NCBI GenBank assembly: GCA_963666055.2
Contig: CAXWPH010000006.1
Span: forward strand, 320,001-384,000
From: Acidobacteriota bacterium
Lineage (GTDB): Bacteria > Acidobacteriota > UBA890 > WLXD01
DNA: 64,000 bases
Reading direction: 5' to 3'
The stretch's first letter is position 1. Every line of letters begins with the position of its first letter. The notes under the pieces are model-generated. The model was not told where the DNA came from. It saw only the letters and a list, made by a program, of their open reading frames with translations, and made no database searches. The translations under genes and the position numbers were made by a program. Below, piece by piece: positions 42,265 through 51,124 of this stretch.

Positions 42265-43833
42265 CTAGCCAGAGTGCGGCAACGGCCTGCCGAACACAGT
42301 GAACTCGAGCACCCCAGGTCGAAGATCTGCTGGCCAGCCGGTGATCGTCAGCCTGACGTAGCGGCACTCCACCGGGGTGATCTCGTCGAACTCGACGGCG
42401 TTGTCGCGGTCGTTGACGGTCTTGTCGACAACGATGGTGTACGTGTCGCCGTCCAGCGACACCTCGATCTTGTAGTGGCGGATCCTGGAGCCGTCGCCGC
42501 GGTTGTTGGGGCTGGACTCATCCTCCACATCGCCTTCGGGGAGCGCGAACAGGATCCGCGCGGAGTCGACGACGTAGTCCTGTGACCAGCCTGCCGCGAG
42601 ATCAAGCTCCATCCAGGGTTCGGTGTCGTCCTTGGCAGGCGCCCACCAGGTTCTGGCGTTGTTATCGAAAGCGTAGGGGGCGTTGCGGCCCGGGGCCTCG
42701 CTGCTGACCACGTAGTTCTTGTCCTGCGACAAGGGCAGCGAACCGCTGTCGTTGCCCTCCCAGGGCCTGTCCCTGACTCCCGGCGCCCACTGTGGAGTCT
42801 CGGATGGGCCGTTGATGAACATGTTGCCCTGCTCGTCGAAGCCGACGGGATCCATGCCGATACGGCGCTCGAACATACGGTTCCAGTTCCGATACAGCAG
42901 CGTGTAGATCGCCCACAGGCTCCCGTCGGGGCCCTCGACGACGCTGTGGTGACCGGAGCCGTTGATCAGCCCGCCGTGATGAACGAGGATCGGGCTGCCC
43001 TCGTAGTAGCTGTACGGACCGAGTGGCTTATCGCTCGTGTATACGCCCACGCCGTAGGTAATCCAGTCGGTTCCCGGGGCGGCGTACTGCAGGTAGTAGG
43101 TGCCGTTGTGCTTGGTCATCCACGGCCCTTCGATCCAGCTCTCGGCGCTCATCTCGTTGCGGCTACCGTAGCGCTCCCACACATGCGCGGGCTCGAAGCG
43201 GAAGAAGTGCTCGTAGGGGCCCGCGAACCTGCGCAGGTCGGTTCGATCGAGCTCGACGCCGTAAACGCCGTCGGTGCCACCGCCGGCGTAGTAGAGGTAG
43301 ACGCGGTCGTCGTCGTCGACGAATACCGCTGGGTCGAATACGCCCCCGTCCTCGCAGCCGTTACAGAGGTCACGTTCTAGCCGGCGCCCGTCGTGGTCGA
43401 CGAAGTCGCCGAAGAACTCGAAGGGGCCCAATGGGTCGCGGCTGCGAAACAGACCGGAGTCGTTTCCGGTCAGGTACACGTAGCCGTCATAGACAAAGGC
43501 GGTGGGCGCCGAGATACCGCGGCCTTCCGGGATGGATACGCGGCGGTGCTGCCAGCGCACCAGGTCGTCGGATGACCAGACGGCAGCCCCGGAGCGCCCA
43601 CCGGGCGAGACCCCGCCGGTCAGGTACAGGTAGTACTTTCCGCCGAGCTCGATGACCGTCGGATCGGCCAGCCGCCCGGCATTCTCCATCACCAGCGGGT
43701 TGACGTAGCGCAGCCGCTGTTGCGACTGGGCTCTGACGCCACTGTCCGCGTCGCCCGCAATCACCCGGGCAGAAGTCGGTGCGACCGCCCAGAGCGCTGC
43801 CACGATAGCCAGCACTGCTGCTCGACGGTGCAT
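42265..43833 (-). CDS. Glycoside hydrolase family 43 with C-terminal F5/8 type C (CBM32-like) domain
   Basis: LADPTVI, FDPAVFVDDD, IEGPWMTK, SGHHSVV; AFDNNARTWW, RYVRLTIT. Confidence 0.9.
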   Translation of the reverse strand: MHRRAAVLAIVAALWAVAPTSARVIAGDADSGVRAQSQQRLRYVNPLVMENAGRLADPTVIELGGKYYLYLTGGVSPGGRSGAAVWSSDDLVRWQHRRVSIPEGRGISAPTAFVYDGYVYLTGNDSGLFRSRDPLGPFEFFGDFVDHDGRRLERDLCNGCEDGGVFDPAVFVDDDDRVYLYYAGGGTDGVYGVELDRTDLRRFAGPYEHFFRFEPAHVWERYGSRNEMSAESWIEGPWMTKHNGTYYLQYAAPGTDWITYGVGVYTSDKPLGPYSYYEGSPILVHHGGLINGSGHHSVVEGPDGSLWAIYTLLYRNWNRMFERRIGMDPVGFDEQGNMFINGPSETPQWAPGVRDRPWEGNDSGSLPLSQDKNYVVSSEAPGRNAPYAFDNNARTWWAPAKDDTEPWMELDLAAGWSQDYVVDSARILFALPEGDVEDESSPNNRGDGSRIRHYKIEVSLDGDTYTIVVDKTVNDRDNAVEFDEITPVECRYVRLTITGWPADLRPGVLEFTVFGRPLPHSG

Positions 43834-43940
43834 GAGGCCTCTCCCGACTCCAGCGTGGCGAAGCCGTAAGCGCACCACATCCCAGGTCGGATGTGAGGAT
43901 GGAAGCTCAGCCTAGCAGGCCGTGGTGCGGGCGTGGCGGG

Positions 43941-45404
43941 CTAGCGCTGCCGCCCGCGCGGCATGCGCTCGAGCATCGAATCGAGCTCCTCGGCATCGAT
44001 GACACCGTCGCCGTTGGTGTCGGCGCGGTCGAAGAAGCGCTCGCGCATCGGCTCAGGCACCTCGTCGCGGACAATCAGGCCATCCGCGTTGGTATCCCAG
44101 CTCCGAATCCGCTCGCGCATCATGTTGCGGCCAGGTCTGCCCTGCCCGCCGCCTGGCATTCCACCAGGTCCACCCGGTATGCCGCGGCCCCCGCCGAACC
44201 GGCCTCCAGCGCCGCGGCCGAAGGCACGGCCGCCATCGGGATCTGCCACCAGCGAGATCTCGTAGCTTTGCGTCACCGGGATGCACCAGGTGTTGTCGTT
44301 GTCGCAAGCGTAGTAGGTAACGGTGAGCTCGAGAGGCTCTTCGCCCTCACTCGGTGGGTGATCGGCATTGATCTCGACGAGAAACTCGCGTGGGTCGGCG
44401 TCGGCCTCTTGCTCGACCTCGGGGAAGGTCGCCGTCGCTGGATTGAGCTCCACGCCCTCGGGCGACGCGATCGAGTACTCGGGCTGCGGCGCCAGGTTGT
44501 TCCAGTGCACCCGGTAGATCGGATCGAGAACAAAGCCGAGGTAGAGCTGTCCCTTGCCCTCCTCCAGAACGCCCGGGCCGGCCTCGACGCGGAGCTTGGC
44601 GTAGGCCGGAAGATCGTTGACCGAATCGGTCAACTCGATCTCCAGCGGCTGCATGCGCCCCGGGAGCTGGAGCCGCGGCACGACGCCGGTCGCCACCGTG
44701 GGCTCGTAGTAGTCGGGGGCGGGCATGTCGAGGTCGGCAACGGAGGTCGGATCGTCCACCGGTCCGACGAGTCTCTCCAGGTCAGCGCTCAGCGCCGAGG
44801 GATCGCTCCACGCCCGTCGCGCCACGACCTTGCCCTCAGGGTCGATCACCAACTCGGCGTTGGGCACGTCCCCCAGGGCTCGCTTGAGCTCGTTGTCCAT
44901 GTTGTCGGCAATCCAGGTGACCTCGGTGCCGAGTGCTCGCTTGGCTTCGGCGATGTGCATCAGACGCTCCGCCAGCGTTAGCGGCTGCACGTAGCCGTTC
45001 AGCCCGGGGTGGGCGAGCGTTTTGTAGACGTAGAAGAACTCGACGCCTTCAGGACCGTAGTCCCGTAGTAGGGTCTCCACCCGGGAGACCTTGCTCAGGA
45101 AGGGCGGTCACGTGAGGCAGCCGAGGATCACCACCGAGTGGTGACCCTGCAGCAGCTTCTCCAAGGAGACCGGATTGCCGGCATCGTCGTAGACGGTGAT
45201 GTCGGGCATCGACTCGCCGATGCCTGGCGCCACCGCGTCGAACTTCCGGTTCATCATGTCGCGGCCGGAAAAGCCCTGGCCACGGTCGATTCCCTGGAGC
45301 CGCTCGCGGACGCCGCCCTGTGCGATCGCCGGCGGGGCGATGCTCAGAACGATCACCGCAACGAGCAGGCTCGAGAGAGTTTGCCTTGCCAGTCGGATCT
45401 CCAT
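43941..45404 (-). CDS. Probable selenoprotein (487 aa, Sec99): secreted deiodinase/peroxiredoxin-like domain + DsbD-N-like domain + EF-hands
   Basis: ORFs 45108-45404 and 43941-45080 are in frame across one TGA (45108-45110), giving GCLT-U-PPF; YVYKTLAHP; YYACDNDNTWC; DTNADG and DTNGDG EF loops. Confidence 0.85.
45072..45090 (-). promoter_or_regulatory. Candidate bacterial SECIS hairpin
   Basis: GGUCUCC-CGGGU-GGAGACC, a 7-bp perfect stem starting 17 nt after the UGA, with a G-rich loop. Confidence 0.7.
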
Positions 45405-45481
45405 GTCTCACTCATAACGCAATCGAGCCAACCAGGTATAGTCCAGGGCCGTAAAGTTTTGTAAACGTTCGCCCTGCCGAG

Positions 45482-47113
45482 GTGGAATTGAGCGCAACAG
45501 AACAGAGAAACACCCGCGTCGCGACATGGACCGACCTCGAGGACGGCAAGCCGGCGTACGCGCTGGTGGCGGGCGTCGATCTCGTCGTCTTGCGAGCCGG
45601 CACCGACGTATCGGTCTTCTACGGCCGCTGCCTGCATCGCGGCGTGCTGCTTGCCGATGGCCGTGTGGATGGCGATCGACTGGTGTGCGGCGTGCACGGC
45701 TGGAGCTACGATCTCCAGACCGGCGTGACACCACGCGGCAAGGTGCTGCCGCGTTTTGCGGCATGGCTCGACGAGGAAGCGGACGCGGTAATGGTCGACG
45801 CGGCCGAGGTCGAAGCGTGGCGTAGCGGGCACCCGCAACCGTACAAACGCGACGAGTACCTGGGCCTCTACGCCGATCCGACGGGCACTTCGCTCGAGCC
45901 CTACAACCGGCACATTCAGAACCTCGCCGAGCACGGTCTCGAGAAGGTCGGTCACCACGGTCCGGTCTCAGCGATGGGCGTGGCGCTCACCGAGCTGCCA
46001 CGATGGGACGACCTGCAGATCGTCACCGCTCAGCTCGCCCGCAAGCCGCTGCTCGACGAAGCCGAGGTCGGCACCGAGCTGGTCGTCGGGCCGAACGCGG
46101 CCAAGCCCCTGCGACTCGAGATCCCGTTGTTCGTGAGCGACATGAGCTTCGGTGCCATCAGCGCCGAGGCCAAGGTTGCCCTGGCGACCGGTGCCGAGAT
46201 GGCCGGCACCGGAATCTGCTCCGGTGAGGGCGGCATGTTGCCCGAGGAGCAGGAGGCCAACTCGCGCTACTTCTACGAGCTCGCCTCGGCCCGCTTCGGC
46301 TGGGATCTCGACAAGGCCGCACGGTGCCAGGCATTTCACTTCAAGGGCGGGCAAGGTGCCAAGACAGGAACCGGCGGCCATCTGCCCGGACACAAGGTAT
46401 CGGAGCAGATCGCCGAGGTCCGCGGCCTCGAGCCGGGGCAGGCAGCCATCAGTCCGGCAACCTTCCCCGACCTGACCACCCCGGAGGATTTCCGCCAGGT
46501 GGCCGACGAGGTGCGCGAAGCGAGCGGCGGCATCCCCATCGGCTTCAAGATCTCGGCGCAGCATATCGAGGACGACATCGACTTCGCTCTCGAGGTCGGC
46601 ACCGACTACATCATCCTCGACGGCCGCGGCGGCGGCACGGGCGCCGCTCCCGAGCTCTTCAAGAAGAACATCTCGGTGCCGACGATCCCGGCGCTGGCGC
46701 AGGCCCGCCAACACCTCGGGAAGTCGCGCGATGTGACGCTGATCATCACTGGGGGGCTCCGAACCGAGGCTGACTTCGTGAAGGCCCTCGCCCTCGGGGC
46801 CGACGGCGTCGCGCTCGCCAACTCGGCGATTCAAGCGATCGGCTGTCTCGGAATGCGCGCTTGCCACACCAACAACTGTCCGGTCGGGATCGCGACGCAG
46901 CAGGGACACCTGCGGGCCCGCCTGGTGATCGAGGAGTCGGCACGCCGGTTGAACACCTACCTCGCCGCGACGGTGGAGCTGATGCAGGTGATGGCCCGCG
47001 CCTGCGGGCACGCGCATCTGAACCAGCTCGATGCCGACGACCTCACGACGTGGAGCCGCGATATGGCGTCCCTCGCCGGAGTTCGCTACGCCGGAGTAGG
47101 CAACACGCGGTAA
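45482..47113 (+). CDS. Rieske [2Fe-2S] + FMN-binding glutamate-synthase-family protein
   Basis: CLHRG/CGVHGW; MSFGA, SGEGG, GQGAKTGTGGHLPG, GGTGAAP, CLGMRACHTNNCPVGIATQ. Confidence 0.9.
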   Translation: MELSATEQRNTRVATWTDLEDGKPAYALVAGVDLVVLRAGTDVSVFYGRCLHRGVLLADGRVDGDRLVCGVHGWSYDLQTGVTPRGKVLPRFAAWLDEEADAVMVDAAEVEAWRSGHPQPYKRDEYLGLYADPTGTSLEPYNRHIQNLAEHGLEKVGHHGPVSAMGVALTELPRWDDLQIVTAQLARKPLLDEAEVGTELVVGPNAAKPLRLEIPLFVSDMSFGAISAEAKVALATGAEMAGTGICSGEGGMLPEEQEANSRYFYELASARFGWDLDKAARCQAFHFKGGQGAKTGTGGHLPGHKVSEQIAEVRGLEPGQAAISPATFPDLTTPEDFRQVADEVREASGGIPIGFKISAQHIEDDIDFALEVGTDYIILDGRGGGTGAAPELFKKNISVPTIPALAQARQHLGKSRDVTLIITGGLRTEADFVKALALGADGVALANSAIQAIGCLGMRACHTNNCPVGIATQQGHLRARLVIEESARRLNTYLAATVELMQVMARACGHAHLNQLDADDLTTWSRDMASLAGVRYAGVGNTR

Positions 47114-47121
47114 TTCCATAG

Positions 47122-47668
47122 CAGGCCGTGGTGGAAGTGTGGCGGGCCTGGTTACGGCGAGTTGGGGCCAGATGCAAGGCAGCCTGACGCAGGCAATGCC
47201 CTAGCAGGCCGTGGCGAAAGTGTGGTGGGTCTGGTTACGGCGAGTTGGGGCCAGATGCAAGGCGGCCTGACACAGGCGATGCCCTAGCCATCGTCGAGGA
47301 AGGCCAACGCTTGCAGATGGCCCCAAATCGCCATAACCCTTCGGGCGACAGGGGGTTGCGCGCGCATGCTGCGTCGTTCCTCGTCAACGATGGGGCAACC
47401 ATCGCCTCCTCCTTTCTCCTTGCCTCCACTTCGCAAGTCCCTGTCGCCAGACCCACCACACTTTCACCAGGGCCTGCTAACCATCGTCCAGGAGGGCCAA
47501 CGCCGCAGATGGCCCCAAATCGTCGTAACCCTCCGGGCGATAGGGGGTTGCGCGTGTATGCTACGTCGTTCGTCGTCAACGATGGGGTAACCATCGCCTC
47601 CTCCTTTCTCCTTGCCTCCGCCTCGCAAGACCCTGTCGCCAGGCCCGCCACACTTCCACCACGGCCTG
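47122..47668. mobile_element. Nested MITEs: inner copy 47205-47476 inserted at the internal CTAG of the outer copy
   Basis: Two TIR pairs; the outer sequence is interrupted at CTAG 47201 and resumes after CTAA 47477-47480; each copy about 272 bp. Confidence 0.88.
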
Positions 47669-48679
47669 CTAGGCTTTCTGTTCGAAGCCGAGCTCCGGGT
47701 TGAGGCGTCCGCCGCCGCTCATCTCCTTGCCGTCGAGGTAGATGGTGGGCGTCGAGAGCATGATGTCCATGTGGAAGTCGCAAGGCCCGACGGTGCCGCC
47801 GAAGGTCGGGTTCTGATAGCCGAAACCGAAGTCGACGGCCGCCAGCTTGCGCTCGTCCTCGATCATGTGGCCGGAGATGCCGGCCTCGGGGTTGAGGCCG
47901 ATGCTGAAGTGGCAGAGCTCGTAGATCGCCGGCTGGCCGCAGCTCTCCAACCATTGGCGCATCGTGTCGGCCTCTTTGCCACCGTCCACCGATGTCACGA
48001 CACCGCTCTCGAGGGTGAAGCTGTACGGCTCGTCGACGATGCCCTGCACGCTGTCGCTGGCATCGATGACGACAGTGCCGTTGATCGTATCTTCGAGCGC
48101 CGCGATGCTGACCTGGGCACCGGGGAAGAAATCGATCTCGCCGTCTTCGGTCAGGGCGCCGTCGCCGACCTTGCATTTGCGATCGCCGAGGCGGAACTCC
48201 ACGTCGGTTCCCTCGGGCGAGGTGACGTGGCAATGGTCGGCAACGTGCCAGAGATCGACGACACGATCGACGTTACGCAACATGGCGTCGACGTCGACGT
48301 TCAGGAGCCCGCGCATGACGTAGTCCTCGACGCCGGCGATGGCGCAGAACAGCGCCCGGGTACCGTTCGCCCGCGCTTCCAGCATCGGCTTGGAGGCGTC
48401 GATGCCATCGTCGCAGATCGACAGGATGAGCCGGCTGGCGCGAATCGCGTCAGCGAGGATCGGTCCCGGCTTGGTGGCAACGTCCTGGGTTGCCGACACC
48501 GGCTTGACGATGAGCTGAGCATCAGCGCCGGCGCGAATGCCGGCGTCGAGCAGCACTTTCGCCAGCACCTGATCGGCACTGGCGTCGGCTAGAACGAGCA
48601 GCGCGTCGCCGGGCTCCGGCCGGACGAGGCTCTTGATAACGATGTCGCCGAACTCTTCCGAATGCAGGGTGGGGGCCAT
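47669..48679 (-). CDS. Leucyl aminopeptidase-like / M29-related (NicX-like) protein
   Basis: VTSPEGTDV, NGTVVID, CHFSIGLNP, IEDER, HMDIML. Confidence 0.7.
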   Translation of the reverse strand: MAPTLHSEEFGDIVIKSLVRPEPGDALLVLADASADQVLAKVLLDAGIRAGADAQLIVKPVSATQDVATKPGPILADAIRASRLILSICDDGIDASKPMLEARANGTRALFCAIAGVEDYVMRGLLNVDVDAMLRNVDRVVDLWHVADHCHVTSPEGTDVEFRLGDRKCKVGDGALTEDGEIDFFPGAQVSIAALEDTINGTVVIDASDSVQGIVDEPYSFTLESGVVTSVDGGKEADTMRQWLESCGQPAIYELCHFSIGLNPEAGISGHMIEDERKLAAVDFGFGYQNPTFGGTVGPCDFHMDIMLSTPTIYLDGKEMSGGGRLNPELGFEQKA

Positions 48680-48721
48680 CTCGCTCCCTCGTGTCGGTGG
48701 CAGGTGAAACAGGCGGATCGA

Positions 48722-49468
48722 TCAGATTGGTTGGGCTTGCAAGATCTTGGGCTTGCTGAACGCACGCTTGCTCTGCGACAGGCGCAGGCGTGCGAGGCTT
48801 TCGGCCATCATGGCGGAAGCCTGGATCGGCTCGATTACCGGCACGTCGAGCCCTTCGCGCAGCCGCTCGATGACATCCAGCCCACCATAGCCGATTACCG
48901 AATCGGCGCCGTCTTCGGTCACCGCCAGACGGCCTTGCTCGAGCATCTCTGCCGGAAGGGCCGCCCCTCCGGCGGCGAAGTCCAATGATCCGGCGAGCAC
49001 ACTGCGGACCGACGCCAACTTGTCCTGCAGGCCATAGCGGGCGGCAACTTCCTCGTAGCGGCGCGCCCGACTGCCAGTCTGGCGGCCGCTGCTCGATCCC
49101 GGCATCAGGAACGAGAATCTGCGCCCCACCATCGAAGCGTAATGCATCGCCGCCTGCGCCTCGCCAATTACCGGGATATCGAGCGCCTCCTTGGCGGCAA
49201 CTACGCCGGGCTCCCCGAGGCAGCCCATTGCGACGGCGTCGTAGCCCGCCCGCTCGGCGTCGATCGCCGCTTGAACGTGCTGCAGAGCGACCAGCTCCGA
49301 GGTGTACGAGTCGCTGATCGCCTCGACCGGTGCCTCGGGCAGATCGGCCAGCGTGATCTCGACGTCGGGGCTGGCCAGCGGTGCCAGCAGCTCGCGATGG
49401 ATGTCGCCCCACGATTGCAGCCCGTCGCGCACCGGAATGATGGCGTAAATGCGGATCCGGCTATTCAT
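48722..49468 (-). CDS. Asp/Glu/hydantoin racemase-family protein
   Basis: GYDAVAMGCLGEPGVVAAKEALDIPVIG, EDGADSVI, VPVIEP; ATG 49468 with GGAGG. Confidence 0.85.
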   Translation of the reverse strand: MNSRIRIYAIIPVRDGLQSWGDIHRELLAPLASPDVEITLADLPEAPVEAISDSYTSELVALQHVQAAIDAERAGYDAVAMGCLGEPGVVAAKEALDIPVIGEAQAAMHYASMVGRRFSFLMPGSSSGRQTGSRARRYEEVAARYGLQDKLASVRSVLAGSLDFAAGGAALPAEMLEQGRLAVTEDGADSVIGYGGLDVIERLREGLDVPVIEPIQASAMMAESLARLRLSQSKRAFSKPKILQAQPI

Positions 49469-51042
49469 CAGCCTCCCTCCAGCCACATGGGATAGACGTT
49501 CTGCGTCAGCGGGTGTCCCTTCGTCGGGTTGTAGCCGCGCACGTAGTCGCGCTGAGCCGACAAGGCCACCATCGTCACCACCGGGGTGAACGGCATGTCG
49601 TCGCGTAGGATCTCCATCGCCTCCCGGTACATGTCGCACCGCAGCGCCGAGTCCATCTCGCTGACGGCGTCGTCGAGCAGCCGGTCTACCCGCGCGCTTG
49701 AGTAGAAGGCGAAGTTTCGACCGCCGTTACCGGCCTGGCTCGAGTGCGCCAACCGAAACAGGTACTGGTGTGGATCGGGCGAAGGTACGTAGATCCAAAT
49801 CGTGCCCACATCGGTGGCGGTCTCGAGCGACGCGTAGTTGGCAACCTTGGCATCGAACTCGATGTCGAGCGCCTTCAGCGTAATGCCGAGATCGGCCGCG
49901 CCCGCCTGCAGCAGCAGGAAGAAGTCAGTCTCTCCGGTGGTACCTTCGAAAGCCATGCTGAGCTCGAAACCGCCATCGGGATAGCCGGCGGCACTCATCA
50001 ACCGTCGCGCCTCGTCGAGGTCGGTTCGCTCCGGCGGCGTCGCGGGGTCGAAGCAACCGGCGCCATCGGGAAGCGGTCCCCGGGCGATCACCGCGTTGCC
50101 ATGCCTGAGGTGCGCAACGTGGCCGCGGTAGTCGTAAACGAGCGCCAGCGCCCGGCGTACCCGCGGGTCGCGCAGCTCCTCGGTCTGCGTGTTGAAGGCG
50201 AAATAGAGCTGGTTGAGCGTCGGTTCCCGATTGAGCACGACGCCGTCGACGCCCCGCAGCGCCTCGAAGCTGTCAGCGCTCGAAAGGTAGATCCAATCGG
50301 CATCGCCGCTCTCGAGCGCCATGCGCCGTGTGCCCTCTGCCTGGATCATGCGGAAAACGGCGCTGTCGATGTGCTTGCCTGCCCATCCCTTGAAGTAGTC
50401 GGGAAAGCGCTCGATCGTGTAGCTCTGCTGAGCCTCGAACGACACCAATCGGTACGGTCCGCTGCCCGCCTCGTGGTCCTGAAGCCACCTCTGTCCCCAG
50501 TCGCCGTCCTGCTCATGAGCACGCACGAGATTCGCGTTGAGAATGTAGAGGTGGCTGAGCGCCGGCAGGAGCCCCGGGTACGGTGCCGACAGCAGGATCG
50601 CAACGGTGCGCTCGTCGATGATCTCCGCGCCAGCTATGAGCGACATGTAGGCGTACACACCGATCCCCAGCGCCACCATCCGCTCGATCGTGTAGGCAAC
50701 GTCGGCGGCGCCGACCGTAGAACCGTCGTGGAAGCGCACCCCCTCGCGGAGACGGAACGTGTGCCGAAGCCCGTCCGGCGACAGCGTGGCGCTCTCGGCC
50801 AGCTCCATCTCCAGCTCCATGGTCCCCGGCCGGTACTGAATGAGCGAGTTATAGAGGTTGAGCGCCGGGTTGTTGATGCGGCTGTCCTCGGCCCCGATCG
50901 GATCGAGACCCGGCGGAGCCCCCTCGATCAGGGCCACGAAGCGGGAGCGGGATGGGGTCCGCTCGCCGACGCACGCCAACGATGCCGCGAGTAGTACGGT
51001 CGCCAGAACGAAACGGGAGTCGACTCGAGCGCGGCCGCGCAT
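49468..51042 (-). CDS. ABC substrate-binding protein family 5 (DppA/OppA-like), probable lipoprotein
   Basis: LASLAC lipobox-like; FRLREGVRFHDG, GSGPYRL, DPRVRRAL. Confidence 0.9.
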   Translation of the reverse strand: MRGRARVDSRFVLATVLLAASLACVGERTPSRSRFVALIEGAPPGLDPIGAEDSRINNPALNLYNSLIQYRPGTMELEMELAESATLSPDGLRHTFRLREGVRFHDGSTVGAADVAYTIERMVALGIGVYAYMSLIAGAEIIDERTVAILLSAPYPGLLPALSHLYILNANLVRAHEQDGDWGQRWLQDHEAGSGPYRLVSFEAQQSYTIERFPDYFKGWAGKHIDSAVFRMIQAEGTRRMALESGDADWIYLSSADSFEALRGVDGVVLNREPTLNQLYFAFNTQTEELRDPRVRRALALVYDYRGHVAHLRHGNAVIARGPLPDGAGCFDPATPPERTDLDEARRLMSAAGYPDGGFELSMAFEGTTGETDFFLLLQAGAADLGITLKALDIEFDAKVANYASLETATDVGTIWIYVPSPDPHQYLFRLAHSSQAGNGGRNFAFYSSARVDRLLDDAVSEMDSALRCDMYREAMEILRDDMPFTPVVTMVALSAQRDYVRGYNPTKGHPLTQNVYPMWLEGG

Positions 51043-51124
51043 GATCGGCAAGGCCATCCTGCGCGACGAATGGCTATCGAGGCTCGGCGAAGCGGCAAAT
51101 CCGTGTCCGGCGCCCAACATGCTC

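Noticed and set aside
47118-47672. Possible CRISPR array from recurring 30-bp repeats
   Set aside because: Repeats occur in inverted pairs, the intervening sequences are themselves repeated, and no cas genes are present; nested MITEs explain it
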